From NCBI RefSeq assembly GCF_009914755.1, contig NC_060929.1: a stretch of DNA of 64,000 nt; one strand, given 5' to 3'. Below the pieces are notes generated by a model. That model did not search any database. It had not been told where the DNA came from and saw only the letters and a program-made list of their open reading frames with translations. The translations under genes and the position numbers were made by a program. This document shows, in pieces, positions 55,701-64,000 of this stretch. This DNA is from the human T2T-CHM13v2.0 reference genome, Homo sapiens. Every line of letters begins with the position of its first letter. Position 1 is the stretch's first letter.

Positions 55701-57001
55701 ACTTGTGCCTCCACACAAGGCTGCAAGGGAACCTGAAGAGACATGAAAGGCTGCGTTCAACCTCCCCTCTCACAGCTGTGGATGAAGGGAATTCTTCTGA
55801 ACTAGGTAAACCAAACATGATTTTCTCATTCATTTGATGATTTCCCTTAAAATCCTTAGGGAGTGTTGTGATTTCCCCTCTGTTGTACCCGCGTCATCTC
55901 CCTTTGTAATTAAAGTTTCTTCCCACTAGTTTGCCTGTACTCCCGGGGCCTCTGGTTGAACTGGGGTCAAGAATCCATCAGCTCCTCACATGAGTCAGGT
56001 GAAAGTCCTGAAGTGAAGCATCGTGAATTACACAGCCCTCACGGCCCCTCAGAACTGGGCTCCCAGAGGTGAGGAGGAGAAAGAGCAACTCGTTTTACAA
56101 GGAGCTCCCACATTCTCCTGTATAAAGAGGTCTTGAGAACTTTCCAAGTGAACTTCCAGGACAAAAGAAATGGGTTTGGCTACATGTGATTCCAACATCA
56201 GTGCTGGGTGGTCACTCCAGGAATCTGGATGGTCATTTAGCTGGTGCTAAGTTCTCTCTTGGGATGTGGAGCCTTTTGAATTAATCAGAAGTCTTGCTGC
56301 CATGTGAGCAGACTCTAGTGGCACTGACCTGTCCCCTGATCATTCGTAAATCTCTCAGACCCCTCCATCACATGGCTGGCCTATGCCAACCATCTTCATC
56401 ATTCTCCAGTCATCCCAATACTTACCCTCCACCTGTGAGAGTGTAACGATTTGAAATTTCAGCTTACTTTAACATCATGAATGAGGAAGATTATATCCAG
56501 AAATAGGTACAATAGTCACTTTTCAAACAAACTGCACATGGAACAAATGAATAGTAATTCAGACATTTGGAATATGAGGAATTTAGCTGAAGAAGGTCTT
56601 TCAGGAACTCTTATGAATGTACCTTTCTGTGATAATCAGAAATCTACTTATATGTCTACAGAACTCCACGGGGTAATACTTGGTAACATTCTAAGTGTCT
56701 CTTCATTGGAAATGAAGCATTTGCTGAGTTTCTTGAGTTTGCTGTTACAATAAATAATGCTTAGCTTCTCTTGAAAATATTGTGGCAAAAGCAGAAAAAT
56801 AGACTGGAAGACATAGAAAAATATTTGCCAATTCAGTTACTAGATGATAAGTTCTTATTGAAGTGAATAATCTGTGGTAAAACACCATGAAAAAGCACAT
56901 TTTAGCATCACAGGACTTTTGGAGAGAAGTTGAGTCGTAACGTAATAGTCTCTTTCTCAAAGTCTACTTATTGAGTATTTTTTTAAACATTTTTTTTCCT
57001 G

Positions 57002-57118
57002 GAGTTTAATAATAAAACGATTCTAGGGGAAAGAAGCAAATACTTCAAGCCACATCACAGAAACACCTCTTCTAATGTCTGCTTTCTGGGTCTCGATCAT
57101 TCTGATGAATTCCAGTGA
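57002..57118 (+). pseudogene. SEMA5A-like exon remnant 3 (terminal coding exon)
   Basis: Reads EFNNKTILGERSKYFKPHHRNTSSNVCFLGLDHSDEFQ*, versus recalled SEMA5A AFNKNNLILEERNKYFNPHLTGKTYSNAYFTDLNNYDEY*. Preceded by a poly-T tract whose AG has become TG. Confidence 0.82.
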
Positions 57119-58536
57119 ATTCCAAGAGCTTTTATATTTTTCATCTCTCATAATTTCCCATTGCCCTAAGTATATGCTCAGTGCCTCCCCACGTTTCCGA
57201 GGCTTCAGAGGTGAAGAGTGATATATTGCAAGCACACTTCAAGCCATGAGTGCCCATCCTTGCCAAAAATCACATCCTTTAAATGCAACAAGAATTACAT
57301 ATGGCCGAGTGACAATTCAGTCTATAATACAGGAGCACAGCTGGGGGAGCCATGGGAAGCACTGCAGGTCACAGCGTGAAGTTGATGATTGTGTTTCGCC
57401 AGTTTCCTCTAAGAAGTGGATTGTTTTCTTGAGCTTTTTTTTTTTTTTTTCTTAAGTAATAGTCTTATACTTTTGGAATAGTCTTATTTTTATTTGAAAA
57501 AGTCTTTAGGAACAAGACATCTTCTCACTTTTGATTGAGAATATTCAAGATGTTTAATTCGAGGTAACAGGCATTTAGTCTGAGAATCCATTCCCCTCAT
57601 CCCCGCCCCAGGAGTGCCTGGGTTCGTGGCATTTGATAAAATGAAGAAAATAAATGTGACCACACAGATATTCACCATGGATCTCCCATGTTCCTCTGTC
57701 TGAATAACACTGTGGAATTCTTGGAAGCAGCTTGTGTGTTTTAATCTTGGAAGCTCAGGAATTCCACCTGGTCTGCACCTGCAGAAGCTACAGTAGGCAC
57801 CCCAACTTGCTGCTGATGCAGTTTCTGTGCCATTGCTGGTGGAGGCAGCGGAGCAGAGGCGCAGGCACAATGAAGCGGGGACGTGTTCTGCAGATTGCTG
57901 CTAAACTCGCTTTATTCTGACTTTTGGATTTCATGACATTCCAGGGAGCTTCCTGCCATGCTGTTGGCCTGGAAGCCCACCTGACTGGTCCATAGTGACG
58001 TCCTGAAGAGCCAGTCTGTAAAATAACCAACAACTTGTTTAGCTTTTGGATAGACTCCACACCTCCTCTTTCTCTGCAAAGAAAAATCTTGAATATTTAT
58101 GGATGCCAATTAGGGAAAGTATTGAAAATAGTGAAATATAATTAAAAACAACATGTATTTTTCATGTTATGAAAAATATTGAAAGAACTGATATTAATGA
58201 AAATTAATATTTTATTTTCCATCTCCCCAGTGTAACTAATTTGTGGCAATCACCCCCTACCAAGAGCAGTAATGCTGTGTAAAGCTGGCTTTCTGGAGTC
58301 CGCTGGATCCATACGAAGTGTGATCCCTGGTTTCCTCTGTTACTTGCTGCATCCAAGCCAGGGGAGCAGGAGATGCTCAGCTCTGGTGCCTTTGATTTTA
58401 TGTCATTGCTGCCTTCCTGCCTGCTCAGTTCACCCACCCCCGTTTCCCTCCGTATGGAGGCAACAGCATTTCAGGATGTACCTTGGGGTGTCAGGGTAGC
58501 TGCAAGTAAGGGTTTTTATGATCCTCATGGTCTCAT

Positions 58537-59329
58537 TGATACAGACAGGAGACAGGGAAATACTGGATAGAAGAGGGTGGGTTGCTGGCAAAGGCTCCAC
58601 CCTCAAGCCTGAATACCTGTGGCCCTAAGTGAGAACAGGCATTCCTGTTTTTGTGCCCAAAAAGCTGCCTTTTGGCCCACCATGCCTTCTATCCTATACC
58701 CTTATAAACGCCAAACCCCAGGCTCCAGAAGCAGGTGAGAAGATGAGGAGACAAGCCGATAAACAGCAAAATGATGCAACAGAGAAAGAGAGAAGAGGAG
58801 GAGTCTCTGAATGCCAAGAGGAGCTTGGCTGTGGATGGTCAGAGAGGAGTTTAGCTGCTGGGTGGCCAAACTCTAGGAGAAGATCCCACTCTATCCCCCT
58901 TCCAGCTCCCCATCCATCCTACTGAGAGCCACCTCCACCACTCAATAAAGCGCCCGCATTCTCCACTCTTCAAGTCCCTGTGTGACCCAATTCTTCCAGG
59001 ATGCTGGACAAGAGCTCAGGATACAGAAAGTTGTCACACTGTCCCTCTGCCCTTGCAGAAAGGCAGAGGGGGCACAGAGCTGGTTAACACTTAAGCCGTC
59101 TGCAAGGCAGAGCTAAAAGAGCATTGTAACACTGGGGTTGCAGGCACCCACCCCAGATGCTACTGTGGGGCCAGAGCCCAAAGCTCTCACCCCAGCTCCT
59201 GCACCTTCCCGTCTGTGTGGTCCCCCTCCCGTAAGGGGGGTTTGAGCCTACGGCGGTGGAACAGAGGGCAGCACCCCTGTGAGGGGATTGCATGCCCTGT
59301 GAGGGGAACCAGGGAACTCTCCTGTCTTG
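58537..59329 (+). mobile_element. LTR1-family solo LTR (ERV1)
   Basis: Begins tgatacagacaggagacagggaaatactgg…ccaccctcaagcctg; AATAAA at 58944; ends …agggaactctcctgtcttg; 4-bp TSD tcat/ttat. Confidence 0.8.
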
Positions 59330-59449
59330 TTATCACTGATCATTGATAAGCATTTCAGAGTGGGATAACATCATTCATAGAGGTTCCCAAAAAGAAAAAA
59401 AAAAGAGATACATTTCTCACAAACGGATCCATAACCAGGACATCTTGAT

Positions 59450-59765
59450 TTCTTCTAGTTTTTGATGATTATGAGAAAAAGCTGCTATAAACATTTGCAT
59501 GCCAGTTTTTGTGTGGTCATACATTTTTAATTCTGTTGGGGAAAACCAACAGGAGCACTATTGCTGGATCATATGATAAGGTTATGTTTAGCTTTGCAGG
59601 AAAGTACAAAATTGTCTTCTAAAGAGGCTGTATGACTTTGCATTCCCACCAACAATGAATGAGAGTTCCTGTTGCTCCACATCCTCACCAGCAATTGATA
59701 TTGTCGATGTTTTGGAACTTAGTCATCCTAGTGGGTGTACAGTGGTGTGTCATTGTTGTTACCTT
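59450..59765 (-). mobile_element. L1M antisense fragment
   Basis: ttgcattcccaccaacaatgaatgagagttcctgttgctccacatcctcaccagca. Confidence 0.8.
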
Positions 59766-60077
59766 TTAAAATTATCATTTAGCAGAAGAGCGATTGGTTT
59801 AGAACAATTTTAGCTATATTCTAAGCTATATTCTCGCCAGCCGTGGAAGAACTTTTGTTTTCCTGTGACTCTATAGCTTTTGCTTGTGTTTTCATGCCTC
59901 TCACTCCTCCTCTTGCTGTTACATGAACCGTCATGTGGTGGGTATATGCAGTGCTATTTGCCACCTCTACTGGAACCTCTTTCATAATGCATCTCTTCTT
60001 TAGGCTGGAAAGTTTGGGGTTCCTGCCAAAACTTTCTGGGGACACTTGTCACAGTTATAATTTCTGTATAACTTTTT

Positions 60078-60260
60078 TTTTTTACTTTTTCTTTTTTTAA
60101 TTTATTTTTTATTATTATTATACTTTAAGTTCTAGGGTACATGTGCACAATGTGCAGGTTTGTTACATATGTATACATGTGCCATGTTGGTGTGCTGCAC
60201 CCATTAACTTGTCATTTACATTAGGTATTTCTCCTAATGCTATCCCTCCCCCTTCTTCCC
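60078..60260 (-). mobile_element. Short 5'-truncated L1PA 3' end
   Basis: attatactttaagttctagggtacatgtgcacaatgtgcagg…cctaatgctatccctcccc, with perfect TSD ttctgtataacttttt at 60062-60077 and 60261-60276. Confidence 0.92.
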
Positions 60261-63200
60261 TTCTGTATAACTTTTTAATTTGCTTTTTATCTTTCTTTTT
60301 ACTGTAAGAAATGCAATTAAAGACCAATACTTTTAAACTTCACCAAGTAATTTAATCCCTCTAAGAGGAACCTGATGTCAAATGACATTAATCACAAATC
60401 ACAGTTTAATTTCTATGGTTGTTTCTGAATACAGTTGAAGATTGGCTGGTTTTCATGAGGAAGCTGGCTTTAGTCTTACATTTAAATTCTTTGAAAGTGA
60501 CTTCCAGTGCTATTCAGGGTCCTTTCTTGAGGCTAGACTCATCACCAATCTAATATTGATTTTACAGTGCACTGACAGTTTACAGGAAGGAGAAGGATGG
60601 AATTCCTGCACACTGGACAGCACGTGGCCTTCCCCATAGCTCCAGTGGCATGTGGCTTTGGTGAAACTTGGGGCTTTGTCACCTCTGAATGATGTGGACT
60701 CAGTGAATTCTAAGGAACTCAGGGACACTGGGTCAGGCTCTGCCACACAGAAGAGCCACAGTCTCCAGGCTCATGGCGTTCCCTCCAGAACTCCCCATTC
60801 CACTCTGAGCATATTTCTATGCTGCTGCTTCTTGTGACTTACATGAGGCATCTCAGCTTCTTCCTGTTTGTAGGGATGTTTCCCTAAGCCTGTTCAAGTA
60901 GATTCTCACTAGAATTAGCATGCATATTGGAGTAAAAAAGAACATTTAATAAATATGTGTGTTTCTGTGGGGCCGAGGCTCTAAAGGAATTGAAAGGAGA
61001 TTATAAACAGTGAATGAGTGTGAGGGCATCCCTGCTGGGGAGAAACCTCTGTCCCTAGAGAGGGTCCTTTCATGTTCATGTGGTCGGGGATGAGCCAGGG
61101 GTCTGGCCTCATCAGCTCACAAGTGACACCAAGAGAAAAGAAGCAAATGGAGGAAATGGTCAGATAAGTAGGTGATGTGAAAGGCAGGACCTGGTCACCC
61201 CAGCGAGCACTATGGCCAGTTCCCGGGGCCCGTGACCCACTGCACAGGTCCATGAGTCTGACTCTTGGACTCTGCCAGGATCAGCTGCCCAGAGTGCCAG
61301 AGTTTTCGCCAAGGGTGTCCTTAATTCCTTATTTATCAGCAAAAGAATGAAAATCATGGGAGTCAAAGCTTATTTTTCTGAGTGTTCCCACTGGAGTGTC
61401 TGGTGGAATTAGTGGGTCATGCCATCAAAGTCATGAACAAAGCCTCAACAGGGGTCTCCATGTCCCCAACTGGCCATCTAAGGGGATACATTGGCATGCA
61501 ATTGAATATCAAAGGAAATTTTACCTCAAAATATATCGTCTATACTCGGCTAATCATTTTGTGTGAATACTTTCTTAATGAACACTGAAGGTGCAAGCTT
61601 GATAATGTTTGGATTTGCAAATATCGTTAGGATACTTGAAAATGTTTTTCTAACTTTCAGAGTAAATCAGGAACATTAACACTGTCACACCACTTCCTGC
61701 ACCAATTTTGCTCCGTGGCCATCAACTTTCTTTAGCCCCAGGGTGTCTTTTACAGTTCCATGTTTTTTTTGTGTGTGTGTGCACGAATTTTTAGAGTATC
61801 TTTATTGCTTTTACCTGAGTTCAGCATTTCTGCCTCAAAAGATGGTTATGGGGTGCAAAACAGCAGGTAACAGGTACCACTAGCAGATACAATGAACCGC
61901 GTCTGACTCAAAGCAGTTGTTCTCCATTTGGGGGGGCTCATACTTTAATCCCATAGCTCTAGTAGTACATTTCTGCATAAGTAGAGTATTCCAATGGCAA
62001 CCTTAAATCAACTCATGTGCAAAACCTTTGTCATTCTTTTTAAAATGATTGCATTGGTCCTGTCCAGTACATCTATTTGTTGATGGTGTACTTGGTGATT
62101 TCTCTGGACACAACATAGTCAATATTTGATTACCAATCAGCAGATTATCTATGTCAGACACCAGAAAAACATTCTGAGTCCCCTGCTTCTCTGATCAGTG
62201 GGTGTGAAATGGGAGAAATAGGGTAATATTCACTTTGACCTGAGAAATGCACAGACCGTAATGTTAAATATTGGACAATGCATTGTCATGTTGGATACAA
62301 TATTTGCAGACAGGGCACTATTTTAGAATTTATTTCTGCTGTGCTTCTCCATCCAGGCCATGAATAGTAATAGATTTATAGTTGATTTAAGAAATTTTTG
62401 TAACTCAATAAATACTGAACTAAAGCATTCAAATTATCTGCTTTGAAACTGTAAATTTTTGTTCTAATCCTAACTCTCTTCTTTTTGGATACTGAAAAAC
62501 AATGAAGGTGATGCATTCTCCCAGCCTGATTGCCTCTCTGCAATGTCGAAGTATTGGCAGTGATTTCTAAAATAGCAATATTTTATACACTTTTTAAAAT
62601 GAGCTTAATATTAAAATGAATTATACATTTCTCTGAGCAGATGGAACAATGTTTTATTCAATTTTACTATAGTTTATTTTCAGAAATTTGATATAAAAAC
62701 ATCAGGAATAAAAACCTGCTCTCTCCTGAAAATATGGTTCATGTAGAAAAGTGGCTTAGAGATTAATAGAAACTTAATTTAGAGACCGATATCAACTGCA
62801 CAGTTACTAGTAAATGTCATTTCATATAGTCTGTTCTAAAGATCATATTAGCTCATCCACTAAAAAATCAAGCTTATTACTCATGATAAGAGTTGATATC
62901 AGATCTAGCTCAGATAAACTTATTGTACTATGTTGACAAGATAAAGCTAGCTAGTCAAGAACACTTTCACGAAAAAAGAGAAAAGTAGTACAAATTCTTT
63001 TCGCAATGCTAGTGGCAAAAAACCACTCTATGATATTTATTAAACTAAAATGTAGGTCAGACAAGAAATTGTATTCCACCTCTTATTTAATTAGTAATCA
63101 GAGGTCAGCAGTTCAAATGTGCTCCCTTTCCTTCTCAACTGTTTGGCAATTTAATGCTATGTAACGTGAAACACGTAAAATGTCTCAGTGTTAGATAAAG

Positions 63201-64000
63201 AGTCACAAGATAGAAGGGAGATCTGGATTCTGGAAAATCCAGACTTTCCTTCTAACCTGTTGCTAAGAAGATCACATTGCTGGCTTTCATCTCTGTAAGC
63301 GTAGACAGCTCAACTTCCTACAAGAATTTGCTAGTGCCTGTTTAAGGTGATGGTTTATCATTTCACCTGGATGTTACTGGTTTCAATTAGAAGCAGAGGA
63401 TTGACTGGATGTACTTTAAAGAAAATTGATTTTATAATTCTCTTTGAATTCAGAATAGAAAATGAACAATGAACGCATCAGCACTCTCCACCGTAGTGCC
63501 AGAAGAGCTGCAGGGGGTACTTAGAATTTAGGTTAATCCAGTATTCAGCATCCCAGAATATGATGTCACTCTAATTTTACACCTTCCCAAAACAAACAAA
63601 TGAATAAACAAACAACTTCCAAAACCACTGCAGTGTTTTACACTAGGAATGTCAGCATGACACCTATGGAAATTGGAATGTGTTACTGTTTCTCTTCAGA
63701 CAAGTCCATAGGTACAGAAGAAAGCAGGCACAGGTGGTGACAGCTGGCACAGATATGGTGCAGGGCTAAATGAGAGTCACCTAGAACATTGCCTGATTTT
63801 TACTTTTTAAAGTCAATTTCAAACTGCTTCACAAGTTTACAGAAGAGCTCACCCTTAGTTTTGCTTTCTCCCAGTACGGTGACTGTTGACCGACATAAAA
63901 CTTGAACTTAGGCACTGTTAAAGGTAGTACACTAAGCTTCAATCTGAGCATCTAGATTCAACACTGAAACTCTATATCACCTGCAAAAATATGTGTATAT

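Overview
Primate genomic DNA, almost certainly human chr5p15.31. Bases ~497-28,245 hold exons 3-15 and the 3' UTR of MTRR (methionine synthase reductase, + strand). All 13 exons were placed by hand with canonical AG/GT ends, and their lengths match the exon structure I recall. Intron 6 contains the 140-nt cblE pseudoexon, with the reference T at c.903+469, just downstream of a 10 x 29-bp UG-rich VNTR. Intron 5 contains an antisense ERV-L provirus fossil. Downstream DNA is repeat-rich: MER41, a hAT fossil, L1s including a twin-primed 5'-inverted copy, a full-length THE1, MLT1, LTR1 and Alus. The least expected feature is at ~52.0-57.1 kb: three degenerate exons, still separated by introns, that match the last three exons of SEMA5A. 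This looks like an unprocessed partial SEMA5A duplicate on the MTRR strand. I found no CRISPR array, RNA gene or other intact protein-coding gene. Family and gene assignments come from recalled sequences, not database searches.
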